A DNA stretch of 60,564 nt, the filler included, from Bipalium vagum (taxonomy: Eukaryota), in assembly GCA_037834085.1 (NCBI GenBank). It is 3 parts of 3 records of this genome, joined end to end, with 100 filler letters (N's around TTAATTAATTAA, not from the genome) between each part and the next. Parts side by side here need not be neighbours in the genome. Positions count along the whole stretch, not along the records: positions 16,125 to 38,705 come from JBBMKC010219353.1; 2 more parts are not named here. One strand, 5' to 3'. Within the stretch, counting starts at the first letter, position 1, and every line of letters starts with the position of its first letter. This document shows, piece after piece, positions 26,901-38,805 of this stretch. The notes under the pieces are model-generated. The model was not told where the DNA came from and made no database searches. It worked only from the letters and a program-made list of their open reading frames with translations. A program made the translations under genes and the position numbers.

Positions 26901-29033
26901 ATTGGTTAGGTATTTGGAAATATAAAGTTACAGAGTGACACCCAAATAAATCGCCATAATAATTTTCAAACTTTTTTTAGTGGTCTTCTTTTGCTCTTCC
27001 GGTAAATTTCTATTTTTCTCCTTTTATTATATTTTCATAACTGTTGGATTTAGGTGTGCAACAGGAGAATCCTGGCAAGAAATAATGCTTGCTTGCTGTT
27101 CTAATAAACCCTGTGAAAATAAAATGAGAGAAATGAAAGAACCAGAGTGTGGTTCTAATTTCTCTTACATTTACTTTGTATCATTTATTTTTTTTTGTTC
27201 TTTCCTTATGCTCAATTTATTCGTGGCTGTTATTATGGATAATTTTGATTATCTGACAAGGGATTCTTCCATATTGGGACCTCATCATTTAGATGAATAC
27301 ATTAGAGTTTGGGCTGAATATGATCCTGGAGCAACGTCAGTTGAATATAATCATACCCAAATGAATTTTTTTAATGTTACTCAAATTTAGGGGTAGAATA
27401 CATCACACCGAAATGTATGAAATGCTTCGAAACATGGAACCACCAGTGGGATTTGGTAAAAAGTGCCCATATCGACTAGCTTTTAGGGTTTTATCAAAAT
27501 TGATTTCAATAACAGTTTTGAAAAAGTTTTCTTCAGAAATTGATTCGCATGAATATGCCCGTCGATGATAATGGGACCGTTAATTTCACCACGACTCTTT
27601 TCGCACTCATCCGAGAATCGCTCAACATCAAAATGTCGACAGCAGAATATATGGACATAAAAGATATGGAATTGCGACAAACCATTTGTAAAATGTGGCC
27701 TGTTCAAGCGAAAAAGAAGCTGAACTTAATTGTTCCGCCAGATTCAGGTAAGATTGTTGCCATATTGACAGTTGTTTTTACCAGGACAATTGGAATAGAT
27801 TTAGTATTTCACAAAATGACCGTTGGCAAAATTTACGCTGGATATTTAATAGTTGAAAATTGGCGTGCTTACAAAAATAGTCTTGAGCAAGGCCCCAGAA
27901 CGGTAGGGATCTCTTGTTAATTTGTTTTTTGTTGTTTTAATTTCACCGTAAATAAAACATTCGGTCTGTGCTTGCCGTATTATTTGCCGTACAGATCTGT
28001 ACTGTTTGTTTTTCGTTTCAGATTTGATTATTTCTATGCTTAATTGATTGATATTTAATGTCTATTTTAAACATATTGTCTAGTCTCCCGCTGTATCCAT
28101 TACATCCGTGACTAAACCAGTTGTTAAAGAAGAGGTATTTATGACAATAGTAGTTTTTTCTCTCTCTTTGAATCATTCTTATTTCTGCAATTGTCAGAAA
28201 CTACAATTTATCATTTTGTTGTTTTATGAAAAACACTTTCATCATATATATTTTTTTATATATTATTTATTTTACGATTTTTGCATTATGCTACGCTCAT
28301 GATAATACAGTATATTTTGGCAATTTTTTATTTCCTCAATAATGTTTTATGTGAAATGTTTTTTTTTTGTTTTATTCAGCTGTATCATTGAACATATTTG
28401 TGGTAAACGGTTGATGTATATGGTAATGGTAGTGATTATTTTTATTCTAAAGCTTTCTTTTGAGGAGTGGGAAATTTTTTAATTTCATTAATTATCTTTT
28501 ATATATAAAAATTCCAAAAAAAAAATATTGGGGAAAAGATTATTGAGATGAATGGTTCATTTTTTGTTTAGTATTTTTTCAGTAGAAAATCTTGAAAGAT
28601 TTCCTAGAGAATATAACGAAACCGTTGTAATCAAAATGGGTTTGGTGGAAGATAATCGAGGAAAATATGTCAAAATACTTTCGTGAAATATAAAAATATA
28701 ATGTGTAATGAGGCTTTAATTTATAAACATGAAGTATATTACTCTCAATGAGAAAATATTTGAAACGCATTTTGTAATTATAATATGAAAATGTCCGCTG
28801 TTGGTTTGTAGACAATAAAGATAAATGGCTTAAAATGGATTTATGAAATATTTATTTGTTGATTGATAATTTCGATGACTTGTTTTACAAAACAGTGAGA
28901 CTAATTTTATATTTATTCATTCCCACATTCGTGATCATGTTTAAAAAACTGTAGAACTCCATGAATAGATCGAATAACAGACGTACAAGTTAATAAGCTG
29001 CTTTATATTTGTAAAATGTTAATAAATATTACC

Positions 29034-29100
<67 letters not shown>

Positions 29101-32100
29101 TAATTAATGTTTGAATTATTTTATCAATAAATTAATTCAATTTTGACTAATCCAAAATCAATTATGAAAAATCAAATTTTATATAAAATACCTATAAATT
29201 ATTTATTATTATTTATTATTATTTTATTATTATTATTTATTATCTCAAATCTATAGTCTGAATATCGCAGATTCGAATGTTCCAGTTCTCAAAATGAAAT
29301 TTCTGTGTCGACTAATTATAATTGTTTTAATAGATGAATATAGTTAAAGTTATGAGGCAAACCTAAGAAAAAGAAAGAAATAAGATACATAGTAGTAAGG
29401 AAATCGTCTTATGTCCCATAACCTATTAATTCATGTGGAACTGGATATTAATTTTTTCATTTTATTATTGGAAAATAATGAACTAATATTAATAATAAGA
29501 GAATTTTGACTTTTATGAAGAATTTTAAATTTTAATAGGCTATGGATATTCAAGCTAAACGATGATTGTCGACTAACTTGTTTATCAAAGTTTCCCCTTA
29601 ATAATTGAAAGCTGCAAAATCTCCTTCAGATATTCAGAAAGTATTAAAACAAAAATTATTGTCAATCTTAATCTTTCTTTAATGAAATTACATTTTTCCC
29701 TGAAGTGATTTCTTTATTTGTAAAATATTTTCTGAAAAATTACAAATATCTTTCAATGATGTCTTTTTAAACTTAATCTGGATTATTCTCATTTCATTGA
29801 AGTTGTTTTACTTTTTTATATTTTCAACGAAAGAGATTCTAAATAAAATCAATCAATATTTCATTTTAGTTACAATGTCTAGGTCCGATAATTAAAACAA
29901 AATTATCAACAGAATTTTTATTAATGTATAAAAACAAAACCAACAGACTTTCATTCATTATCGGTACATTTCATTTCTTATAATTAAAAATCCATTTCTA
30001 ATTAAATTATTAATGACAAATTTGGTTTAATTATCTTTAATAAAACAATGTGAAGACCATTAATTTTGTTTTTTTATATTAATAATTTGAGATTTTATGA
30101 AAGCAAAATTTTAATATTTTGTTTGTTATTATTTTTGTATTTTTATGCTGCCAATCATTTATTTTAATACGCTTGAAAATTAGTGTTATATCAATAATTT
30201 AATACAATTCAAAAACCGATTTGCCAAAGATTCTTAGCAAGAAGCTTTTCATTTATTGTGTAATAACTCGTTGTGTATTTTAGCATTTTTTTGTTTAAAT
30301 CGATTATTGAAAGAGTACAACTATCGATTTTTATTTGATTTTTCCATTATAATTTTATAGTTTCACGCTTCAAGTATTATTATAATGGTGGATATTTTCA
30401 TTTTATTAGCTTGATTTAGCTTACGCGATAAAATTAATAAATAATAAATTTAAATATAAAAATTTTAGATATACCGGCTGTATCAAAACTGAGAAAATAA
30501 ACTTTTCTGTCAATTTTGTACGAAAATATATTTTAATTAAATCTATAATTTTTTAAAAACTAAATAAAAGTAGGTTTTGTTTAAATGAATAACTAATGAA
30601 AGGAATTTTGAATTTATGTATGAATATAGATTTGAAAATTGATTTAATTCAATGTCATTATAACAATAGAAATTCCTTTAAAGCTACAATTAGGGAAATC
30701 AATCATCAGACTAATATAAATAAGGATCCATGTACATGTTTTGCATTGTCTAAATTTGTTAACATTTTGTCTATATACTTCATAGGCGGCGTTATTTGTT
30801 GATTGAATGTAAAACCGGTATTAAATTTTCAATTGCTAATATGGATGGTAAGACGTCCATTCGAAAGCTATCAAGGAAAATATTTCACCTGCCTCAGTTC
30901 AACGAGATTTTAAAAAAGCGAAGTTAAAACCTAAAAAATGCAACTACTTCTCGAGCTGAAACCAAACGACTATGATCAAAGAGCTAAATTTGATCTGTGG
31001 TTTTTGCAGAAACAATATTTTCTGAGACGTTTTTTGGAGTGATGAAGCGGACTTAAGGTACACTTAAGGCAAGGGTTTTCCATTACCAAAGATCGAAAAA
31101 TCTACTTGAAATGGAAAAATGAATAAACGAGAAATGTTCCCGTTTTAATACCGAAGAGATGAAAACTGCAATATTGTCCTTACCACGAAAAATTGAGTTA
31201 ATATTATCTGTTAAAGGAAATCATTTCGAGAACATAATATAGGGAAAACTAATGCATTTTATATACTGTGTATGTTATTTATCATTAATATTAGACTTTT
31301 TTGTCCAAGTTATTCCTCATTTACTTTTATAGTCGGTTTTGATATAACCGGCATATAAAACCACTTCTTTTCTTGCATTTATTTGAATTTGATATATCGA
31401 TTTCCGTGTTTATATAATAATGATAATAATTATAAATAATTATTATGCTGATATCTGTAAAAATGTAACTATTTTTGTATAATAAATTTTTTACTTGGAT
31501 TATTTTATGATTTTTCGTCAGACGTTTTCCTGAATCACGTTTTTATCAATTATTTTATCGAATTCATATATGCACGTTCACCTTATTACTTTTACAGACG
31601 TTTAGAATGTAGTTACAAAACTTTCTCCAACCATTTGTACTCTAATTTGTGCATGTAACAATCGCTTCCTCATATCAAATTATGTTTGTTTATTTCCTGT
31701 TTCAGAAGTCGGCTAACTTATTAGCGAAATTTTTCGACGCCTTTAAGACTAATGCAAACAAGTCAAACATGTCACTCGAGTCTCATCATGACAGAGACGA
31801 GGAAGGATTTAAGTAAAAATATTTTATATTTTATTAATTATATTGTGTCCCTTTTATGTGATGCTTAGTGAATTCTCACATTTCTTATAATTAAATACGA
31901 AGATAAATGACTGAGGCTAAGTCATTTTTGAAGATTGTGTGATGTACATTATTTCCAATTCACCTTTCGTTTTCTTTCTAGGTGAAAAATCTCAATGAGA
32001 AGTATTGATCACATTTAAGAATTTATATTGCATATAATTGTTTCCAAAAAATTCTTCTTAACCCATCTAAAACCAGTCACTTTTCAGGAACGAAATTACT

Positions 32101-35100
32101 AAATATAGAATTACCAATTATTGCATACCTTAACTTTTTTTAACTTCGAAAAAAAATTCTTGATTAATATATTCAGAGACATGTACAAGTGAAATCTTCT
32201 GTTATTATTATCATTCTGGTGTAATTTGATCAATAATAATAATAATTAAAACACTTGTCAGATTTATTGACTTTAAAAATTGTAAATAGAACATCAGAAA
32301 CGGGATAAGTGAAACTGAATATAATTATTCCAATTCCTCTCAATTATCCAAATATTTCTAATATATTACTATATTCACTGTAATTTTGAACCCTGGAAGA
32401 AGTTAAAAGTAGTACAGTCATTTCTCTTGTACAAAAGTTTTTATTTTTGAGATTCTCACATTAGAAAAGTGATGCTCTACAAAGTTCTTCACAAATCAAA
32501 TTCTTCGGACACCGCCAGAAATACCTATATAATATATCCAAATGCAGTGTCTGAAAGAAAACTTCGCTTTAAAGGAAATAATTTTGATCTTGGGAATCTA
32601 CTAAAATTGGATCATCCTGAAGAACTGGAAAATAATGCTTTTGAGCCGAAGATGACATCTCAAGAGCTGGGACAAATTCTTGGCAACATCATGCAACAGT
32701 TTTAAGCCATTTGAAGTCTATTGGGATGTTTGGCTTCTTCGCCAACTATCTCAACATAAACTTTTGCATAGAATTACTATCTCGTCTTCATTACTTTTCA
32801 ATCAATATTTTTGTCTCTTTTGGATTCTCTATGTCAATCAGAGCAACAGAGGTTTGGATAACTAAAGACCATCTTCCCCTAAGTACACCTAAATCTGGTT
32901 TACATCTGAAAAAAGTAAGGTTGTGTGTCTGATGGGACATACATGGGGTCATATAGTGTGAATTTTTAAATATTATCTAAACAGTTACTGCCAAAATATA
33001 GGCCATCAATTAGATCATTTGAGACAAGTATTGGTTAAGAAACGATCGGCACCGCTAAGTAGAAAAGTAATCATATTCCATGAAGACCAGACTCAATGTG
33101 GCCATGAGAAGATTAAAGAGTTTTATTGGGAACTCCTTCCACACCCAACATCCAGTCTTGATATTGCTTCATTAGACTTCCATTTATTTACATCGATGCA
33201 GCACTTCTTGAAAGGTATGGAAATCAAAGATAAGGGTTCTATCGAAAAGTCATTTGAATCAAAAAATGAGCAGTTCTTTAGAGATGATATTGAGTGTTTA
33301 ACACAATTATGGAGAGGATCATTAATAATGATGGAAATTATTCTATTGAATAAACTTTAAAATATAACTTTCATTTGGATTTATAAATTATGAAAATAAA
33401 TCGACGGAAACATTCCCACCAATCTAATATTATTATTTTTTTTATTTGTAGAAGTATTTTTTCAGTTAATGTAAGTCCCTTTTAATAAAAATATTTTAAA
33501 TAATTTATTTAACAAAATTTTCAAATTTAATTTCAGCATTGATCATACATATGGAGAAGATTATGATACAAATAGAAGATATAGCTACCTTCGAAGAGGA
33601 AGTAAACCTCGTAGTAGCAAAGAAATGTATCATGATATTACACCAGTCCAGGTTAATTTTTATTTTCTTTCGATTATGAAATGGTATTTTTTTGAAAGGA
33701 TTATTCATATGGACTGAGACCAGAACATGCTTCCGTTCAGGGAATGCCTGCTCCTAGAAAATTTGGAAATCAGTCACGAAATTCAACTTTTGCATTGAAC
33801 GAATTGGAACACAAAGAAGAAGCATATACACCCCAGAGCCTGAATTCTACAACTTCTCCTATTAGTGTTGATATGGAAACTGAAAAAATTCAAAGACATT
33901 CCTCAGTTTTGCCTTCTAATGGTTCTAAATACCCTTATAATTTTGCCTCGGCTGTTAATACTATAGTGCACAAAGCCAATCAGATTGCAGAACAAGATCG
34001 AAGGGGTCGATTTTATGGTATTATAGATTATTTATTTTTTACTTATACTTATATTAAACACCGTTATTTAAATTATATTTTTTATTTTTAAATTTATTAA
34101 AATAATTTTAATTTCCAAAGCTTTTTTGATTACTAAAGCCTAAATATTACATATCATTGCTAAGTCAAAAAATTTGAAACATTTTATACATGTATAAAAT
34201 AAACAGATTTCGTTTTGAATTGTTAAAAACAGTGTATTTATTTTTGGAGGTGTCGTGAAATGTGAAATAATAAATAAAATCGATTTTAGGATTTATTGAT
34301 TTTTACTGAAAATAGAGAATTCATAACGTTTTTGAAGAAAATGATTTTTAACATGTAATGACGAGAAATAAATTATAATTTTAAACATTTAGCAACCGTT
34401 GATTGGTGCAATATTATAGAACTTCTAAGAACAGTAAAATCAAAAAATAATTATAATTTTATTATTATAATTACTTAATTTTTTGATTTTGTTAATATTA
34501 TGATGTTGATAGAATAAAAAAAAGTATACACATTACTGTGTTAAAAAGTTTCGAAAAATTATTTAAATATTCAATTTATGGTATCTCTTCTAAGTAATTC
34601 TCCTTCAACGTAACACATTTATGCTACCGTTCTTTTGATTTATCGAAACATCTTTTATATTATATTTTCGGAATAGTCTACATGACCCGTATAGAATTTT
34701 CTTGAATCTGTTCTATTGACTCAAAACCATGACCACAAACTGATGATATCAGCCAATCGAAAAGTTAGAAGTCACAAGGTGCACATATCAGATGAATATG
34801 TGCTTGAAGAATGATCTTGGTTTGATATTTTTTTCAAAAATTCAAGAATAATACAACGAAAATCACAATAATGGCCAACATAATCTTGATTCTAGAATGG
34901 CGTTGGCCAGCTCTTTAGTTTCGGTTTATTTTTGCACACCATTCACTTACCTGTCGATTTGTTTTTGCATGGTATTGATATACCAATGTCTCATCACTGA
35001 TAATAATATTTTCCAACAAATAATCGTCCATGGAAAAAATTTCTTAGTCTTGAATGTGCGAATTGTGCAAAAATTAATAGAAAGAAATCGATAACTAATG

Positions 35101-38100
35101 TGTTTCAATTTTCCTATTTTATCTATTGGCAAGATCAAATTGATATTCCACTTTGTTCAGATATCTCACTGATTGTAATCTGACCATCGTTTTGCACTAG
35201 ATTCCTTATTTTTTCAATTTATCCGTCTTCTGTTAATGTCAAAGGTCTTCTCGGTCATCTGTAACGGATTTTCTGCCTTTTTAAAGAGTACCAATGATAA
35301 ATCCAGTGTTTTGGACAGAGATTGATCACGGAAACATCTCTGCATCATTTCCCGTGTTCAACACTAAATATTGTTCCACTGACAAAATTTAACACAAATC
35401 TGTTGATCTTCAAACTTTGAAGAATGACTAGTTGATTTTATAAGACAGCTTAAACAAAGATAACTCGTTAAAAAAAAGATTAATAACGTAAAACTTTGGA
35501 TTTATATTAATGAAAGTTTAATAAATCTATCCAAAAAAAGAATTTTTTGATATTCTATTGTGGTAATTTTTAAATGAGACTTTCTCGGAACTTTTTGAAC
35601 ACAGTATTATGCAACAACTCTTATGAAATATCAGTTTATCAAAGATTAGACTTGGAATTTACTTTGAAGATTACAAGCACGGCTTCTATGATAATATTCT
35701 TCTGATATTCTAATAATAATATTATTATTATTTCAGCGAGAGATTATCATTGGCGGTTACATAAAAATTAATAAATCAATAATAACAATTTTGATGAAAT
35801 TTAATTAAAAATTTTAAATTAAATTAACTATGAGAAACATTTATGTCGACCTATTAAATTTTTTGGAAATCATTTATTATTCTTTTGAAAATATTTTTTT
35901 TTATTTTTTGAAATAATTACTATTTTTAAAATGGTGAATATTTCATATTTTGCTATTTTTTTTAACTTTATTATCATTAATATCCGTTTTATAATATCAC
36001 CCTTGAAATGTGAGCTTGAAAAATGTTTTGATGTTAAATCACCTTTTCATGTTTATTGTTTTAGTGTTTGCATGAGAGTAATGAGAGTATTTTTTAATGA
36101 TTTAATATGATTTAGAAGACGAGTCAGAAGAGGATGGTAATGAAAGTTAGTCATTAGATAGATGCTTTTCCTTTTCGTTTGGTTTTGTTTGATAATTGGC
36201 CAATAACATTTACTTTTAATGACAGAAAAAATTTTCTGTTTTATTGTTTCGTAGATAGAAAATGTATAGTTTCAGTTATCAAAACAGAAATTTTATAAAG
36301 CTACTTTCAAAAATTTTTACGATTTATTTTTATGAAATTTCGTAATCAATATTTATGCTTAACACGACATTGTGGAAATTTTTAGATAAATCTGAATTTT
36401 CGTTTTCTGTCATTAACTTTCACTTCATTTAAACAAATGGGTACGAATTTGAATCATTTTCTCTGATAAAGGAAGAGCTTAAAATATAGCAATTAAAACA
36501 ATATAATTGCTGGTGCTTGATTTATCTATCAATATAGAACGAATTTTTGTTGAAAAGTTTGTTTTATTCATTATAGCTTTTGTTGAAATAATCTTTCGTT
36601 TTCGGATTCCTTATTCACCTTTGCTTGTATTGCATACGGAATACCTTTCCAATGGCAATTCCAATACTGTCCTGTTTCAATATTGGTTTTATATTAAATT
36701 AAGGGTTTGCGTGATTTATTTGAGAAAAAAATCTTTTCTTATTGCTGTTAAACCTTTTGATTCATGATATACCTTTCATTTTTAGCATGCAGCAATTATT
36801 ATCCAAGATTTGATTTTTTTGTTTTAACTGACTAATTTTAGAATTATAATAGTCTTAATTTAAATTCATTTATTATTATTTATAAATGCAATGCAAATTA
36901 TTTTTTCACTTAACTGAAAAAAATACGAAAAGAGCTAAATAATATGATTTAGAATTCATTATTTTATTTTATATTTAATTTAGAATATATATGGAAATAT
37001 TTCTAACACATTTATATCAGATTTTGTTCAATATATTTACGGATTATGTTTTTATAAATCTTAAGAAACATCAATTTTCATTATATAAATTTTATTTGTT
37101 CCTTTTTGTTTTATTATTGTATAGATTAGTCAATTTTTCTTACTTGTCTTCACCATGATTGTCATTTTATGATTATGTTTTAAAGATATTTATTGAATAA
37201 TTTATTAGGTAAGTCAAATGTAAAATATCATTATTCTGATGATTCCGATGACAAGTCAAGCGATATGTACCATCCCAACCGTTCTGAAAGATTATATCAT
37301 ATCAAACCATTGGAAAAATCAAATTATGATGGTTATTTAAATTTAACTCATTCAGGTAGAACAACGAGTTTAAAAGTTAAGTCTCGTTCTCCTTCCCCGA
37401 TTATTGAGAAAAAAGCAATTCCCACTACTTTTAAGGAGCGCACCGAAATGCCCACTAAGTATTATGGTTTTTCTAATTTTGAAGAGAGATCAAGATCTCC
37501 TAGTTTAATAAACTTTTCAATTTGCAGTCCAATAATTGAACGGAAACCAAATAATTTTCACCTTGAACAACTTGAAGATACTAGGATGAAATTGCCGCGG
37601 GTACTTCCCAGTCCAACTGCTTCAAAACCAGTGTCTACCGATATAAGTGATATTAATTTTCCGAGGCTCAATAAATCTCCCACCCACTCTCCCACCTCAT
37701 CAAAATTCCATGCCATACCTCCACCATCTGTTGACCCGCCCGATGATTTGTTTTCTCCCCACGTAACTGACCAAGACTCTCCGCATAGAATGCAGACTTT
37801 CAATTATTATGTACCACCACTGTCTCCAGTATTGTATGATATGGAAGAAACAGATGATACAGCACTTTTCGATTCGATTCCACTCAACGACATGGATTGT
37901 TATAACAACCTAAATCGAAATCTTATTAGAAACACTTCCCTGCAATCCTTTAGAGATTATTCGTCTTACTCAAACAACTTCAGTCCATATTTCTTCTCCC
38001 CTCAGCCGCCGAGTCACAGTATGGGAAATATGCCAAATGAAAACTCGTACCTGATTTCTCAGAATGAGGTGTGGAATTTTCCCCAACGATCTGATTATGC

Positions 38101-38335
38101 AGAATTCAACCCAAACGTCTGTTCGCCAATTTCACCTTCACCACCTCGGACTACAGAACATTCCTTGGCATTGTCGACCACCGATAACTCGACATCCATT
38201 ACTCTCCTTGTATCAGATCATCTTCCTTTGATTTCGATGAGAAACACCGTCAGTCAGTCGTCGAGATACGTCCAAAACAGAGTGCGGAGAAATCTACAAT
38301 ACGACGATGAGGAAGATGATGAAGAATGGTGCTGA
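16192..38335 (+). CDS. CACNA1A: Voltage-gated calcium channel alpha-1 subunit, Cav2 class (CACNA1A/B, cacophony/unc-2-like); 3' half
   Basis: Phase-consistent exons: 16192-16332 ([23 protein letters not shown], domain III pore, Cav2-type TGEGW), 20083-20284 (IIIS6), 21623-21787, 22550-22708, 22755-22838, 22888-23073 (IVS4 [17 protein letters not shown]), 26910-27001, 27054-27335 (ATGESWQ, IVS6), 27391-27487 (EF hand), 27537-27747, 27799-27902 (IQ: [16 protein letters not shown]), 31706-31812, 33537-33651, 33699-34017, probable micro-exon 36116-36145, 37209-38335 ending DDEEWC-stop. The symbol denotes the Cav2 class, not one-to-one orthology. Confidence 0.95.
16701..16852. other. Intra-scaffold assembly gap (others at 51808-51949 and 53092-53226)
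   Basis: Plain N runs without the linker. Confidence 0.95.
17722..18277 (-). mobile_element. Internally deleted mariner (Mos1-like) retaining both TIRs and an open N-terminal HTH ORF
   Basis: TA-flanked TIRs ttattggtacaaataaataatgcgga / tccgcagtatttatttgtactcctta. ORF 18108-17809 reads [19 protein letters not shown]...TCECWFHRF...[13 protein letters not shown]. Confidence 0.88.
19030..20003 (-). mobile_element. Mariner relic
   Basis: Degenerate mariner segments ending in a KLEER*NKYI..HNDYMEL-like C-terminus; terminal tacgatggacgtaccgaaagttc. Confidence 0.65.
20480..21320 (+). mobile_element. Probable hAT (DUF659-type) transposase relic
   Basis: Raised complexity and weak degenerate motifs only; heavily decayed. 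Confidence 0.35.
22080..22353. mobile_element. hAT/Charlie-like MITE
   Basis: Ends cagtatttttcaaa...tgtgaagaccactg, flanked by a near-perfect 8-bp TSD atgtatat / gtgtatat. Confidence 0.7.
23581..23900. repeat. Two (ATT)n microsatellites (~23588-23643 and ~23842-23900); similar arrays at ~29036-29100 and ~57926-57964
   Basis: Seen directly. Confidence 0.9.
24350..24465 (-). mobile_element. Second copy of the mariner 3' end seen at 19040-19145
   Basis: Shared aagcaaaggataactacattttgtcacagttcca...gttcctccagtttc; reads [20 protein letters not shown]. Confidence 0.75.
24930..25432 (+). mobile_element. Mariner relic (N-terminal half)
   Basis: IITGDEK*IQYE motif and degenerate HTH / WIPH region. 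Confidence 0.75.
25433..25765 (+). mobile_element. IS630/Tc1-like (DDE_3) transposase C-terminal relic
   Basis: [10 protein letters not shown]...[20 protein letters not shown]. Confidence 0.82.
25850..26700 (-). mobile_element. Tc1/mariner-superfamily (DD37E-like) relic
   Basis: [23 protein letters not shown] on the minus strand, preceded by a degenerate WPDLAS-like segment. Confidence 0.6.
30474..31351 (+). mobile_element. Internally deleted DUF4817/DDE Tc1-mariner element
   Basis: TIRs ccggctgtatcaaaactga / tcggttttgatataaccgg; fragments [28 protein letters not shown]. Confidence 0.78.
32430..33428 (+). mobile_element. Mariner relic
   Basis: [13 protein letters not shown] and [28 protein letters not shown] motifs; right end cggaaacattcccaccaatctaata. 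Confidence 0.85.
34536..35604 (-). mobile_element. Mariner relic with TIRs
   Basis: TA-flanked TIRs ctgtgttaaaaagtttcga / tcggaactttttgaacacag; [11 protein letters not shown] and [10 protein letters not shown] (YSPDLAP-like) remnants. Confidence 0.8.
37209..38335 (+). CDS. Terminal exon of the Cav2 channel: Ser/Pro-rich tail with PDZ ligand
   Basis: Phase-1 acceptor ttattag|GT at 37208/37209. Contains [19 protein letters not shown] and [12 protein letters not shown], and ends EDDEEWC, matching the Cav2 DDWC-type PDZ-binding motif. Confidence 0.88.
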
Positions 38336-38632
38336 CAAATTGTACGTATCTTATTTCTTAACTTGTTATAATTATTATTGCTATTATTATTACTACTACT
38401 TCTAACACCATAACTATTGCTATTATACTATCTCGAAATGTTACTCATGAATTAATGGAATGCTTTTGTAAATTATACTCAGATTTATCCTAGAATATTT
38501 GTGTGTTTTGAGAATAGAAAACGAAAATATTAATTTCCTTTGTATTTTAGTTCATTTTCTTAAAGATAAATAATAAAAAATTTGAGATTTCTTAACAGTG
38601 GAATTTTTGTTTGATTATTTTCTTAAAAGCAC

Positions 38633-38633
38633 C

Positions 38634-38705
<72 letters not shown>
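38633..38705. repeat. (ATT)n microsatellite at contig end
   Basis: Seen directly. Confidence 0.93.
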
Positions 38706-38805
38706 NNNNNNNNNNNNNNNNNNNNNNNNNNNNNNNNNNNNNNNNNNNNTTAATTAATTAANNNNNNNNNNNNNNNNNNNNNNNNNNNNNNNNNNNNNNN
38801 NNNNN
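38706..38805. other. Artificial contig-joining spacer (44 N + TTAATTAATTAA + 44 N)
   Basis: Identical structure to 16025-16124. Confidence 0.95.

Noticed and set aside
37558-37803. Gly-rich antisense ORF, and similar shadows at 43234-43698, 45997-46221 and 50428-50622
   Set aside because: Reverse-complement shadows of real exons with no independent support.
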